From an uncultured bacterium (GTDB lineage Bacteria > Verrucomicrobiota > Verrucomicrobiia > Verrucomicrobiales > DEV007), in the NCBI GenBank assembly GCA_963977015.1, contig CAXBMO010000003.1:288001-352000 (forward strand): a stretch of DNA of 64,000 nt, read 5' to 3'. The notes under the pieces are model-generated. The model had not been told where the DNA came from and made no database searches. It saw only the letters and a list, made by a program, of their open reading frames with translations. Made by a program: the position numbers and the translations under genes. Positions 28,989 to 38,969 of this stretch are shown piece by piece. Positions within the stretch are counted from its first letter, which is position 1, and the number at the start of each line of letters is the position of its first letter.

Positions 28989-29867
28989 TCAGAGTGTGGT
29001 AGAATCCTGACTTTCCAAGCTCGGAAACCCCAATTCATTCAACCAAAGTTCGACCTTGCTCATCAGCCATTCGGCTTGCCGGTCATGGAGCGGTTCATGA
29101 AGCGAGTCTTCCACGGTAATGAATGCCTTTCTGCTGACAGGCAAAAGTTCAAACATCTGGCGACTGGCCTGGGGAGAACAAATATGATCAGCCGATCCGT
29201 GGGTCATCAAAAGCCTCAATTTCCCATCCAACTTTTCCACCATTTTGGGCAACGATGCCCCTTTTTGAAGTAACTCAGCCCCAAAGGATGCCGAGACGCG
29301 GCTATGCATCAGCGGATCTTTTTCAACAACCCCAGTTTTCGGATCGCCGTGATGAAGCCATTCGCTGCGCACCCCAGTCCCCAAACTGAGCCAAGGGAGC
29401 CATGGCCCGATCTGCTGCGAAAACTTCACCAGCAGTTGAGGTTGCCGCTCCGATGGATCGATGAGCGGGGAACTAATCCAGGCAAACTCGAAGAGTCCTA
29501 TCCGGCGCGGCAGGTAATCCAAGGCCACCAGCCCTCCCATCGAATGTGCGAACAGCCCCAAAGGGGCGCCTTCCGGCAATCGCCCTCGCAGGAGGAGGCA
29601 ATCGCGGTCCAATAAATCCCCGATCATTTCAAAGGAAGGCACGTGCCCCCGCGCTCCACTGGAATGGCCGTGCCCCGGGAGATCGACGCCGACACACAGG
29701 AACCCTCGCTTGCAAAAGAGCTCTGCAACGTGTCGATATCGCCCCAAATGATCCCCCAATCCGTGAACCATGATTAACCCGCCAATGGGTTTAGCCGTTG
29801 GTGTAAACCAATAACGCTGAAGAGAATGACCCGTTTCGGTTTCGAAACTTTCCGTTTCGCAAGTCAT
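28989..29867 (-). CDS. Alpha/beta hydrolase, lysophospholipase/monoacylglycerol lipase family
   Basis: VHGLGDHLGRY, DLPGHG.S.G.RGH, nucleophile elbow AHSMGG, HGSAD, HEP. Confidence 0.92.
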   Translation of the reverse strand: MTCETESFETETGHSLQRYWFTPTAKPIGGLIMVHGLGDHLGRYRHVAELFCKRGFLCVGVDLPGHGHSSGARGHVPSFEMIGDLLDRDCLLLRGRLPEGAPLGLFAHSMGGLVALDYLPRRIGLFEFAWISSPLIDPSERQPQLLVKFSQQIGPWLPWLSLGTGVRSEWLHHGDPKTGVVEKDPLMHSRVSASFGAELLQKGASLPKMVEKLDGKLRLLMTHGSADHICSPQASRQMFELLPVSRKAFITVEDSLHEPLHDRQAEWLMSKVELWLNELGFPSLESQDSTTL

Positions 29868-30727
29868 CGATCGTTGTGGGAAAAAAGCGCCGTCTGCAAC
29901 TTTGCTGCAAACTGTTCTTCGGTGCCCAGATTGTTCTGTCGAAACGAATTCTCCAGATTTCTGAGAACTCTCGAAAGAATGGCGCGGGTCGTTGCCGGCT
30001 GTGATACCACCTGATGAACTTCCTGGTCAGCAAGTGGATGATAGAGAATCAGGTCCTTCGCGGAAATGACCCGTCCATCATTGAAGCAGTCCACCAGGAA
30101 TAACTCGCCGCTCCGGGCGCAGGTGGCTCGCGCCAGAAAATGGGCCGGATAATTGCAACCTCCGACATCAAGCTCCAAGCGTTTGCCCACCAAAATGAAA
30201 ACGCATGCCAGGCTGATTGGGTTCCCCTTTTTTCGATACAGAACCCTTTTGAGGTTACTATTGTCTGGGTGGTAATAGCGCTCGGTATCTCCGGTAAACA
30301 TGGCGCTGCTGAACAAGTAATTGGCCAAATTCCGAAATTCAGGGAAGAGCGATTCCTCCAGGAAACCTTCCGCCAACTCATCAAGTTCTTTGGGAATTTG
30401 AACCTCCGATCCCGAAGAGTCCAAGTACCCTGCCAGTAAAACCAATCCCTTTTCGAGATCTTCGCACCGGTCCAGTCCAGTGACGAAATGAAGCCATTGC
30501 CGCAGGAAATCCTCCTGCCGATACTCGCGCTGAAGCTGAACGGCACGCTCGCGCAGGTCCAGATCCGCATCCTGAACCTCCGATTCGAGTAGCGCCCGCA
30601 AATCCTCCCCAAAACTGGCCAGTTTCTCTTTCACAGCGGCCCTCACCGTGGGGTTATCGTCGTCCAGGAGCCGCAAAATAGGTCGAAGTTCAGTACCTTG
30701 TGATGGCATAATTCGTTCTGACATCAT
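29864..30727 (-). CDS. SirB1-like/transglutaminase-like domain protein
   Basis: YYHPDNSNLKRVL..KKGNPISL...GCNYPAHFLAR...ILSRVLRNL. Confidence 0.85.
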   Translation of the reverse strand: MMSERIMPSQGTELRPILRLLDDDNPTVRAAVKEKLASFGEDLRALLESEVQDADLDLRERAVQLQREYRQEDFLRQWLHFVTGLDRCEDLEKGLVLLAGYLDSSGSEVQIPKELDELAEGFLEESLFPEFRNLANYLFSSAMFTGDTERYYHPDNSNLKRVLYRKKGNPISLACVFILVGKRLELDVGGCNYPAHFLARATCARSGELFLVDCFNDGRVISAKDLILYHPLADQEVHQVVSQPATTRAILSRVLRNLENSFRQNNLGTEEQFAAKLQTALFSHNDR

Positions 30728-30832
30728 ATCTCGAGAACCGGGATTCTGCCTCTAAAAGATGCTTCCTTTAGATTGCTACATTTCCATTGACCCATCCCCC
30801 GGTGCATGATGTTTTGGCAAGGTACCAACTTC

Positions 30833-33289
30833 ATGGCCAACGACTCTGATTCTACACCACCCAACGATGCATCGTCGGCTCCAGACGTCGAGGGGGGGCG
30901 TTCGCCCGTGAGAATTATTGACAAACTGAAACCGGTTCCTGTCGAATTGCCGGAATCCCCCAAACTTCCCGGCAAGCCAACCATGGAAATCCGGAAGAGC
31001 AAGCCACCGGAAGAATCCCCACCCGACAAGCCCACCCCTCAACCGACGTATCAGGAACCAGAGTTGGCGAGGACGAAACCAGAGACCGAGGAAACCTCAA
31101 GTCCCAAGCCAGAACGCCCCCCTTCAGCGGCAGTTCCCAGCAAACCTCAGGAGCCTCCCGCCAAACCAAACACGCCAAGACTGGGACCCGAGCCGAAGGC
31201 AAGACGCCCCAGAAAACAACAACCTGAGCCCGAACGCCCAGACGCGCCGGCGCTGGAAATCGATTGGGCCGGTGATGACACTGATACCGGGAGAGTTTCC
31301 GCGAAGAAACCCAGGGCGTTGATCGACGTGGATTTGGGAAAAAAGAGGCGGGACGACGACCGGAATCAGGGCGAACGAAGGCCGACAAAAGGCACCGCGC
31401 GTTTTTTGGTGGAACCAAAGACGAAGCCCCGAAAAGAGCCCACCTCCAAGCAGAAAACCAAACCCAAAGCAGCCCCCAAACCTCAGGAGGTCGAAGAAGA
31501 ATTTCATTTGCAGCCAAAGCTTGGCTTGATTGCGAGGTTGGGACTGGGCATTCGAGACTTGATTTTCCTTTTCTTCGCTTCCGTTCCCATCCTCGCTGCA
31601 GCCTGGTTGGTAGATTGGAAGGCGGTCAACGTCCCGTTTGAAGCTGAGTGGGGTCGAGTCGATGTCCTCGCAAAAGTACTCCAAGACCAGCTGACTGTTT
31701 CTGAGTTTCTCGCCCCCGAGAATGGCCAACGCCAACCGGTTGTTCGCGCCGCCTACATTTTCCTTTCGACGCTGACCGATCACGACATCAAGATGGAGGT
31801 CTGGGTTTCCTTCGCAGCCCTGGCGGCGACTGCCGCTGGAATCTTCTTTCTCCTTGGCCGGACGGTTGGATCCGGAATGAAACTAGGAATCACCTTCCTT
31901 CTGGCCAATTTGCTGCTGTTCTCGCCAGCTCACGCCCAAGCAATGCTCTCCGCATCAACGCTCGGAATCCACCTCGCAAACGCCTGTTTGATTTGGGGAA
32001 TTTTCTTTGCGACGCGCAGTCTTCCCTGGTGGCTCAGGCTCGGATTTTGCCTCTTTTTCGGGGTGGTCGGATCTTACAGCGCGATTCATGCCCTCGCAAT
32101 TTGGCCAGCGGTACTGATCCTCCAACTTCTCTCAGGAAATGCAGGCAGGATCTGGCATCGATTCTTATTTGTCGTGGTTTGGCTGGCGGTGGGCTCCTTT
32201 GTTTTTATCGATTACTTCTCGACGGCGAATCCCGACGGCAGCCGATCCTTCACCGCAGCGGAGCAAGTTCAAAATATTGATGTTGAAACGGAGATTACCG
32301 AATGGTTTTCCCTATCGGGAGACCTGATTCTGCGAGGCTGGCAACCGCCAGAACAGCGAGAGTTCTTTGTGATTCCCGGATTGATCGTCGTAAGCCTGTT
32401 TCTCCTTTGCGCGATCGGATGGCTCATGTCGTCGTTGGGAAGGAGTCGGACGTTGCTTTGGAATCGCTGCCTACCCTGGGTGGGAATAGGCGCATCATGC
32501 CTTCTGGGCGCAATGTTGATTAGCGTCCTGATTGATTCATCCCAAGCCTCGAACACAGGTCTGGACTTCTCTCTGGTATTGATGCCGACCTTGATCAGCA
32601 TTGTGGCTCTGTTCACCATCCTGACCACGGACAAAGTTCAACGGTCTCCGCAATCCAGCATTTCAGACCATCTCCCAATCTGGTGGGCCACCGCCGTATG
32701 CGGAGTCCTCCTTCATCAGGGTGGAGCTTGGTATCAGGGATATTGGATGATTAACGATGTTCAGGCGGATCGGCTGAAAACGCGCTCACAATTGGTGTTT
32801 CTCGACGTTCACCCTCCCCAGGAACTCTTTGGGTTCGGCACGAAAGACCTGTCGGTGGCAACGAAGCGAGCCCACTTCTTGGATCAGAACAAATACTTGA
32901 AGCCGGCACTTTTTCCAAATTTGAGGATGGAACCTTTTTCCCTCGAAACCGAGCCACTCAGCAGTGAACAGGCCGAGCTCTACGTGCCGGAAATTGAGGG
33001 AAACACTCTCCATTTTCGGGGAATCGCCGAAATTCCCGGATTTCAATCCCGCCCGGCGGATTTGGTCGCCATGGTTCGGCAGCTTCCTCAAGATGGCGTT
33101 CGGGAGATTCTAAAACTGGCCAAAGCAAGCGAATTAGGCCCGCGAGCCTGGGAGCTCAGCATCTCAAACAGCCTCAATGACACCCTTGAATTCTGGGTGC
33201 TCGACATGGCAACGATGAAAGCTTTTCCAATCGGAAAACAATACTCAAAACGCGATGGCATACCGGTTTTGGAAAGCTTTGCGTTTTAA
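30833..33289 (+). CDS. Multi-pass membrane protein with a long Pro/Lys/Glu-rich disordered N-terminus (possible GT-C-like fold)
   Basis: About 230 aa of low-complexity sequence, then roughly 10-12 hydrophobic segments and a soluble C-terminal domain. Alternative start at 30806. Confidence 0.75.
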   Translation: MANDSDSTPPNDASSAPDVEGGRSPVRIIDKLKPVPVELPESPKLPGKPTMEIRKSKPPEESPPDKPTPQPTYQEPELARTKPETEETSSPKPERPPSAAVPSKPQEPPAKPNTPRLGPEPKARRPRKQQPEPERPDAPALEIDWAGDDTDTGRVSAKKPRALIDVDLGKKRRDDDRNQGERRPTKGTARFLVEPKTKPRKEPTSKQKTKPKAAPKPQEVEEEFHLQPKLGLIARLGLGIRDLIFLFFASVPILAAAWLVDWKAVNVPFEAEWGRVDVLAKVLQDQLTVSEFLAPENGQRQPVVRAAYIFLSTLTDHDIKMEVWVSFAALAATAAGIFFLLGRTVGSGMKLGITFLLANLLLFSPAHAQAMLSASTLGIHLANACLIWGIFFATRSLPWWLRLGFCLFFGVVGSYSAIHALAIWPAVLILQLLSGNAGRIWHRFLFVVVWLAVGSFVFIDYFSTANPDGSRSFTAAEQVQNIDVETEITEWFSLSGDLILRGWQPPEQREFFVIPGLIVVSLFLLCAIGWLMSSLGRSRTLLWNRCLPWVGIGASCLLGAMLISVLIDSSQASNTGLDFSLVLMPTLISIVALFTILTTDKVQRSPQSSISDHLPIWWATAVCGVLLHQGGAWYQGYWMINDVQADRLKTRSQLVFLDVHPPQELFGFGTKDLSVATKRAHFLDQNKYLKPALFPNLRMEPFSLETEPLSSEQAELYVPEIEGNTLHFRGIAEIPGFQSRPADLVAMVRQLPQDGVREILKLAKASELGPRAWELSISNSLNDTLEFWVLDMATMKAFPIGKQYSKRDGIPVLESFAF

Positions 33290-33320
33290 CGCCTCTTCCT
33301 AACCCCAGAGAACCATTCAC

Positions 33321-33354
33321 AAAAAACCTCGACCACCCAAACGGTAGTCGAGGT
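33321..33354 (-). terminator. Intrinsic terminator of the HU gene
   Basis: Minus strand ACCTCGACTACC-GTTTG-GGTGGTCGAGGT-TTTTT, ~30 nt after the stop codon. Confidence 0.8.
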
Positions 33355-33384
33355 CATCCAAAAAGGATTGGTCGAAGCCGTGGC

Positions 33385-33705
33385 TTAAACCATGTCTTTA
33401 AGGGCCTTAAGAGGACGAACCTTCACAACCTTGCCGGCTGGCTTCGCTGCGATTTCCATTGGCTCGCCTGTACGAGGATTGACGCCCATGCGCTTTTTCG
33501 TCGCCGGCTTCTTCTTAACTTCAATCTTCAACAATCCCGGAAGCGTGAAGCTACCTGGTCCGCGCTTGCTGATGCTCTTGTTGATGAGGTTACCCAATTC
33601 ATCCAAAACACCGTTCACATCCGCTTTGGTAAGCCCTGTGGTTTCGGCGAGTGATGTGACGATCTCAGATTTCGTCGGCTCTTTTTTTGCAGCTGCAGTA
33701 GCCAT
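33385..33705 (-). CDS. HU/IHF-family DNA-binding protein
   Basis: TKSEIVTSLAETTGLTKADV...FTLPGLLKI...RMGVNPRTGEPMEIAAKP. Start reassigned to MATAAAKK. Confidence 0.95.
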   Translation of the reverse strand: MATAAAKKEPTKSEIVTSLAETTGLTKADVNGVLDELGNLINKSISKRGPGSFTLPGLLKIEVKKKPATKKRMGVNPRTGEPMEIAAKPAGKVVKVRPLKALKDMV

Positions 33706-34203
33706 GTTATTATCTAGTATGTGGTTAGGGAATCCATCTCCAGCACTACTTCGTGCAATGCTAGTGTGGTTTGAAGGCTCATAATATCCTCCGGCCGCAT
33801 CGTCAATGCGATTTGCTGTTTTTTTAGCGACAAAACTGGGACACCTCCTGGAGCCAGCCTGGCCATTCTGACGCGATTGGGAATCACAGTTGCAGGAATT
33901 CAGCCCATCCTTCCCTAACAAATCGCCTTTTGGGACCGTTCAACGAAGCGGACCGATTGAAGTTGGATTTCCGTCCCTACCCCAAAAGTATTGCAGGTTT
34001 AGTGATTCTGATCTATCATTCTCTATTGCCTTATTGTCGGACATTTCTACAACAATCGGAAACTTTCCGTCTAAACCGCAACAACTAATGTCTGCCCCTA
34101 AACCCCCCTTCCATTCAATCATCGCTGCAAAATCTGGCTTCACAAAACATCCCATCTTCATCAATCAGCCCGAAGGGAGAAACGGGGGCAGAAACTGATC
34201 ACA

Positions 34204-35232
34204 ATGCAGTTTCCAAATTACAACCGTCTGGCCGCGCTGCCGTTTCTGGACCGTCTCCTTCCAAACTGGCAGGAGAACAGGCCTTCCTCGGAAGATAGCC
34301 AGAATAAACGAGGTGAACGCCCCAAAATTGGACTGGCACTCAGTTCTGGTGGCGCAAAAGGACTAACCCATATCGGAGTCATTCAAGTCCTGGAGGAACA
34401 TCAGATTCCCATCGACATGATTGCCGGCACCAGCATGGGCTCCTACATTGGAGCCTGCTGGGCGAGCGGCTTAACGGGGAAGGAAATGGAAACCCTGGCG
34501 GGCGAAATCCAGACTCCCAGGGACCGGATTCACCTTTTGGATCCCGTGTTTCCACCAAGGAAGGGATTTCTCCGGGGTCACAAGGTTCGCAAACGACTTC
34601 AGAAGTCCATTGGTGAGCGCGATTTCTCGGAATTGAAAATTCCATTGGCAGTCATCGCGACTGAGATGGGAACCTACCGGTCTCATGTGATTAAAACCGG
34701 CAATGTGGCTGACGCCGTCCACGCCAGTTCCGCCATTCCCGGAATCTGTTGGCCCGTGGAAATTGATGGATCGCTCTTTGTTGATGGCGGCGTCGCGAAT
34801 CCATTGCCCGTCAATGCACTCCTTGAAGCCGGAATGGATTTCATTATCGCCGTAAACGTCATACCATCCGTCTCCCAGCTCCAAGCGGAAAAGGTTCGCG
34901 CAGCTGAGTCTGAACCCCCTGTAAGCGGGTTGCGCCGCGTGTCCCGGTGGTTCAATAAGCATTTCAACTACTTCGCCGCTGGCAACATTCTCGACACCTT
35001 AAGGAGTTCTGCATTGGGTGCCCAAATTCGGGTTGCCGAGTTCAGTGGCGAACAGGCACATGTCCACCTGCGCCCGTCCCTCTGCACCGGCGATTGGCAC
35101 GATTACCACAACTCAGGAAAGTACATCCAAGCAGGACGGGAGTGTGCCGAAGCCCATTTGAACGAAATTCTGGCACTTTTAGAAGAGCCCACCTCGCCCA
35201 ATCCCTCCAACCCAAAGTTGAACCATGCTTAA
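34204..35232 (+). CDS. Patatin-like phospholipase (RssA/NTE type)
   Basis: LALSSGGAKG, GTSMG nucleophile, DGG motif. Confidence 0.93.
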   Translation: MQFPNYNRLAALPFLDRLLPNWQENRPSSEDSQNKRGERPKIGLALSSGGAKGLTHIGVIQVLEEHQIPIDMIAGTSMGSYIGACWASGLTGKEMETLAGEIQTPRDRIHLLDPVFPPRKGFLRGHKVRKRLQKSIGERDFSELKIPLAVIATEMGTYRSHVIKTGNVADAVHASSAIPGICWPVEIDGSLFVDGGVANPLPVNALLEAGMDFIIAVNVIPSVSQLQAEKVRAAESEPPVSGLRRVSRWFNKHFNYFAAGNILDTLRSSALGAQIRVAEFSGEQAHVHLRPSLCTGDWHDYHNSGKYIQAGRECAEAHLNEILALLEEPTSPNPSNPKLNHA

Positions 35233-36757
35233 GCCTCTTGATTCATTGATCAGTAAACGTTGGGATTCCTGTCCACCAGAACTGCTGCGGAATTGGCAAA
35301 TCGATCGGTTTCGCCGCTACCTGAGGGATACCGTGCTCCCATTCTCCAAACACTATCGAGAGCTGGAGATCGAACCAAACGACCTTCGTTCGTTTGATGA
35401 TCTGGCCAAGCTTCCGTTTACCCAAAAGCGTCACCTGATCCCAACTGAAGAAGCGCCCAACCGCCCAAGGGACTTTGTTTTGATCCCCGATAAGGATGTG
35501 CTCAAGAGGCGCCCGTCAACCTTAACGAAAGCGTTGTTCATGGGAAAAGGACGGGTCGAGCGGGACTTTGAACGGGAATTCCGACCCATCATGATGACTA
35601 GTACCACGGGGAGATCGACCGAACCCGTTCCTTTTCTCTATACTGCCCATGATCTGGAGAACCTGAAGACATCCGGGATTCGTCTCATGCAAATTTGCGA
35701 CTCCAGAAAGGAGTTTCGCCATATGAACCTCTTTCCCTTTGCGCCGCACCTCGCCTTTTGGCAGACGCACTACGCGGGGATAGGCTTTAACACCTTCAAC
35801 ATCGATACCGGCGGTGGGCGGGGTATGGGCACGGACGCGAGCGTCTCACTCATGGGCCGCATCAAACCCGATGCCATCATCGGAATGCCCACCTTTATTT
35901 ATCACGTGCTCCAACAGGCCGTGGAAGAGGGGCTTACCTGGAAAAACCTTCAAAAAGTCGTCCTCGGAGGTGAAAAAGTTCCCAATGGTATGCGCCGAAA
36001 ACTCAAGGCGCTAGCGGCCGAACTCGGTTCCGGGAAGGTTGATGTTTTGGCGACCTACGGGTTTACGGAAGCAAAGACGGCATGGCCCGAATGCCCAAAC
36101 CCAAGCGGCGAGTCAACCGGCTATCATCTTTCGCCGGATTTGGGAATCGTTGAGATCATTGATCCGGAAACCGGAACCCCGGTCGGAGAGAACTCGCCCG
36201 GTGAGATTGTCTATTCCCCTTTGAATGCCCGGGGATCTGTAGTAATCCGCTATCGAACAGGTGACGAAATCAGCGGTGGGCTTACCCACGAACCCTGCCC
36301 TTCTTGTGGTCGAAGTGTCCCCAGACTCATTGGAAACATTTCCCGTGTCAGTGACTACCGCCGCCTGCGGATCGGGAAGCTGAAGGGAACGCTGGTGAAC
36401 TTCAACGAACTTGAACACATTCTCGATGATATCGATGAAATCGGAACCTGGCAGATGGAGATCCGAAACGTCAATGACGACCCGTTGGCCGGCGACGAAA
36501 TCATCGTGCACGTTTGTCGCAATCCCAGACTCCGAAACATCAAAAGGGACTCTCTCAATGCGATGATCAGACGCCGCTTTCAAGTCGGTGCGGAAATATC
36601 ACCGAATCGGATCGAGTTTCATTCCGCGGCTCAGATCCGCGATAAACAAGGCGTCGGCGAGAATCTAAAGGAAGAGAAAGTGATCGATTTAAGGGTCCAA
36701 GATCAACATTTGGACAGAAAGAATAAGATCTTGTCAAACCAGCCTATTTCGAGGTAA
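35225..36757 (+). CDS. Phenylacetate-CoA ligase-like (PaaK family) adenylate-forming enzyme
   Basis: DLAKLPFTQK, TSTTGRS P-loop variant, YGFTEA, EIIDPETG..V..GEIV, IRYRTGD. Overlaps the patatin stop codon. Confidence 0.85.
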   Translation: MLKPLDSLISKRWDSCPPELLRNWQIDRFRRYLRDTVLPFSKHYRELEIEPNDLRSFDDLAKLPFTQKRHLIPTEEAPNRPRDFVLIPDKDVLKRRPSTLTKALFMGKGRVERDFEREFRPIMMTSTTGRSTEPVPFLYTAHDLENLKTSGIRLMQICDSRKEFRHMNLFPFAPHLAFWQTHYAGIGFNTFNIDTGGGRGMGTDASVSLMGRIKPDAIIGMPTFIYHVLQQAVEEGLTWKNLQKVVLGGEKVPNGMRRKLKALAAELGSGKVDVLATYGFTEAKTAWPECPNPSGESTGYHLSPDLGIVEIIDPETGTPVGENSPGEIVYSPLNARGSVVIRYRTGDEISGGLTHEPCPSCGRSVPRLIGNISRVSDYRRLRIGKLKGTLVNFNELEHILDDIDEIGTWQMEIRNVNDDPLAGDEIIVHVCRNPRLRNIKRDSLNAMIRRRFQVGAEISPNRIEFHSAAQIRDKQGVGENLKEEKVIDLRVQDQHLDRKNKILSNQPISR

Positions 36758-36787
36758 GTTTAGTGACCTGAAACTTACGTCGAAATC

Positions 36788-37711
36788 ATGGAAACGAACG
36801 CCCAAGAAGCAGATAGAGAGCTTCTCTTACGCTACGAGCGTGCTGCAAAACAGTTGGAACCTTGGAAGTTGGCGATCGATTCAATCGACGATCTGAGCCA
36901 GAAAGAGCTGGCCAATGGCCGCTTTTCCAAGATCGAGAAATTGGCGACCTACGTCTCCGAGCGTCTTTCTGATTTGAGTTTTGCCCGTGAGAACGGCCTC
37001 GACTATTTGTGTCGAGACGCGGCAAACAAAGTCGACGAATTTGAGCGCGAAATCCTGAAGTTGCGCAACGACTACAACATGACGGCGACGACGCCGACCG
37101 ATACGGCGCCGACCAAGAACGCGTCACGACCATCCGCCCTTCAGGATATGCGGGCGGCCTCGAGTGTTTCCGCGTCTTTAGCGCCACCATCAAATTCCAC
37201 GGCCCCGGGCAGAAGTTCCGTCATTCAGGAAATGAAAGCCAAAGCAGCAACCGGCTCCGTCCAAATATCGACCTCTCAGTTCGCCGAAGTCGCCAACGAG
37301 GTGCAACGCTGGGCGGCTTCCTTGGAGAGTTTCTCTCAACAGATTCGAGACTTGGAAAAAAATGTCAACATTGGCAATTCCCCGTCCGATCGTCGCCGTC
37401 GAATTGTTGACCTTCAGTCTAGGCATCGCAAAGCCATGGAACGAATCGGCCGCTGCCGCGGATGGGTTCGCACCGGAGTCACCAGACTGGCTTCAACCAA
37501 GGATTGGCAAAGGGACTTTGAGATGGCACGGGACGAAGTTTCCAACTTGGGCGACATTCTCGATCGCTTGAACACTCCCAGCTCTACGATTTCTCCACCA
37601 CCCGTCCCTTCGAAAAAGCCCGAAGTGAAGACGGTTCCGATTGGAAGGGGGAGCAAGGCAAAGATCCGCCCTTCGATCGGGCTGGCGCCCTCCGACTTTG
37701 AGAACAATTAG
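36788..37711 (+). CDS. Hypothetical helical/coiled-coil protein
   Basis: 307-aa ORF with two charged helical regions separated by a Ser/Thr/Ala/Pro linker. Family not recognised. Confidence 0.7.
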   Translation: METNAQEADRELLLRYERAAKQLEPWKLAIDSIDDLSQKELANGRFSKIEKLATYVSERLSDLSFARENGLDYLCRDAANKVDEFEREILKLRNDYNMTATTPTDTAPTKNASRPSALQDMRAASSVSASLAPPSNSTAPGRSSVIQEMKAKAATGSVQISTSQFAEVANEVQRWAASLESFSQQIRDLEKNVNIGNSPSDRRRRIVDLQSRHRKAMERIGRCRGWVRTGVTRLASTKDWQRDFEMARDEVSNLGDILDRLNTPSSTISPPPVPSKKPEVKTVPIGRGSKAKIRPSIGLAPSDFENN

Positions 37712-37763
37712 GCGAGGCTGAGACTGAATCTGACCTTCCGGCCGAAGGACTTGTTTAGTCTTC

Positions 37764-38336
37764 TCAGTCCATTTCCCGCGATCTCGGTTCGCGCTGAACC
37801 GTGCTGGCGCTCGAAGGACAGGTCACAAACGGTCCTCCCGCGAGAGGAGCTTCCCCGGTGAATGCCACGTCTGGAAGGTCGCTTTCCTTGCCCGCCAAGG
37901 GGAAATCTTTGCGGAGGGGATAAAAGGGATAACCGTCCCACATCAAAATTCGCCGCAAATCCGGATGTCCTTCGAACTTGAGGCCCATCATGTCGTAGAT
38001 TTCTCGCTCATGCCAATCTGCGGTGGCCCAAAGATCAGAAACCGTTTGGACAGTTCCTTCATCTTCCGAGACGGCGAATCGAACGCGGAGATGAGCTTTG
38101 GTGCTGTAAGAATATAGCTCATAGACCATCTCAAACCGTGGTTCCTGGCCAAAATGATCAAGGCTGCTGATATCAACCATACAATCAAACGCCAACTCAT
38201 CGCGGCAGTACTTAAGAATGGCTTTTCCCGATGAAGGATCGACCACGACCGTCTGTTCCCCGCGAAAATCGACGGTCTTCTGAATAGCGGTCCCAAATTG
38301 GGATTTAAGGGCGTCTACAACTTCTGATGCAGTCAT
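37764..38336 (-). CDS. nuoC: NADH-quinone oxidoreductase subunit C
   Basis: RFEMVYEL, ADWHEREIYDMMGLKFEGHPDLRRILMW..YPLRKDFP. Confidence 0.96.
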   Translation of the reverse strand: MTASEVVDALKSQFGTAIQKTVDFRGEQTVVVDPSSGKAILKYCRDELAFDCMVDISSLDHFGQEPRFEMVYELYSYSTKAHLRVRFAVSEDEGTVQTVSDLWATADWHEREIYDMMGLKFEGHPDLRRILMWDGYPFYPLRKDFPLAGKESDLPDVAFTGEAPLAGGPFVTCPSSASTVQREPRSREMD

Positions 38337-38341
38337 CTGCG

Positions 38342-38878
38342 TTAGGCTTTGAGTTCCTCAAGTAGAGCTTTTTTCTGATCCACAAACGAAGTCTCTGATT
38401 CGATTTTTTGCTGAAGTCTCATGAGACCTTCCAAGAGAGCTTCTGGCCGTGGAGGACAACCTGAAATGTAGACATCCACGGGGATCAATTGGTCGATGCC
38501 TTGAAGCACCGCGTAGCTCCGATACATGCCACCGCTGGACGCACAAGCTCCCATCGCAATGCACCACTTTGGCTCTGCCATCTGATCCCAGATGCGTTTC
38601 ACCGCGAGAGCCATCTTGTAAGTCACCGTTCCAGAAACAATCATCACATCCGATTGCCGAGGTGAAAACCGCATCGCTTCCGAACCGAAACGCGCAATGT
38701 CATACCGAGCTGCGCCGGCGGCCATCAGCTCAATTGCGCAACAGGCAAGTCCCATCGGCATTGGCCACAGAGAGTTTTTCCGCATCCAGTTAATCGCCGT
38801 GTCCAACCTCGTGAAGATGATGTTGTTTTCGGCCTTCGTATCGAAGGAAAGCGGGGAGTTGGTTAGATCTTTCTCCAT
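38342..38878 (-). CDS. nuoB: NADH-quinone oxidoreductase subunit B
   Basis: [36 protein letters not shown]. Confidence 0.97.
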   Translation of the reverse strand: MEKDLTNSPLSFDTKAENNIIFTRLDTAINWMRKNSLWPMPMGLACCAIELMAAGAARYDIARFGSEAMRFSPRQSDVMIVSGTVTYKMALAVKRIWDQMAEPKWCIAMGACASSGGMYRSYAVLQGIDQLIPVDVYISGCPPRPEALLEGLMRLQQKIESETSFVDQKKALLEELKA

Positions 38879-38969
38879 ACTAGAGGGTGCGGAAATTCAA
38901 GTTCCAACAGCCTATGATTGGGACGACTGGCTGCAAGCCGACTTTGTGAATTTTTTCACAAGCTCGGAA

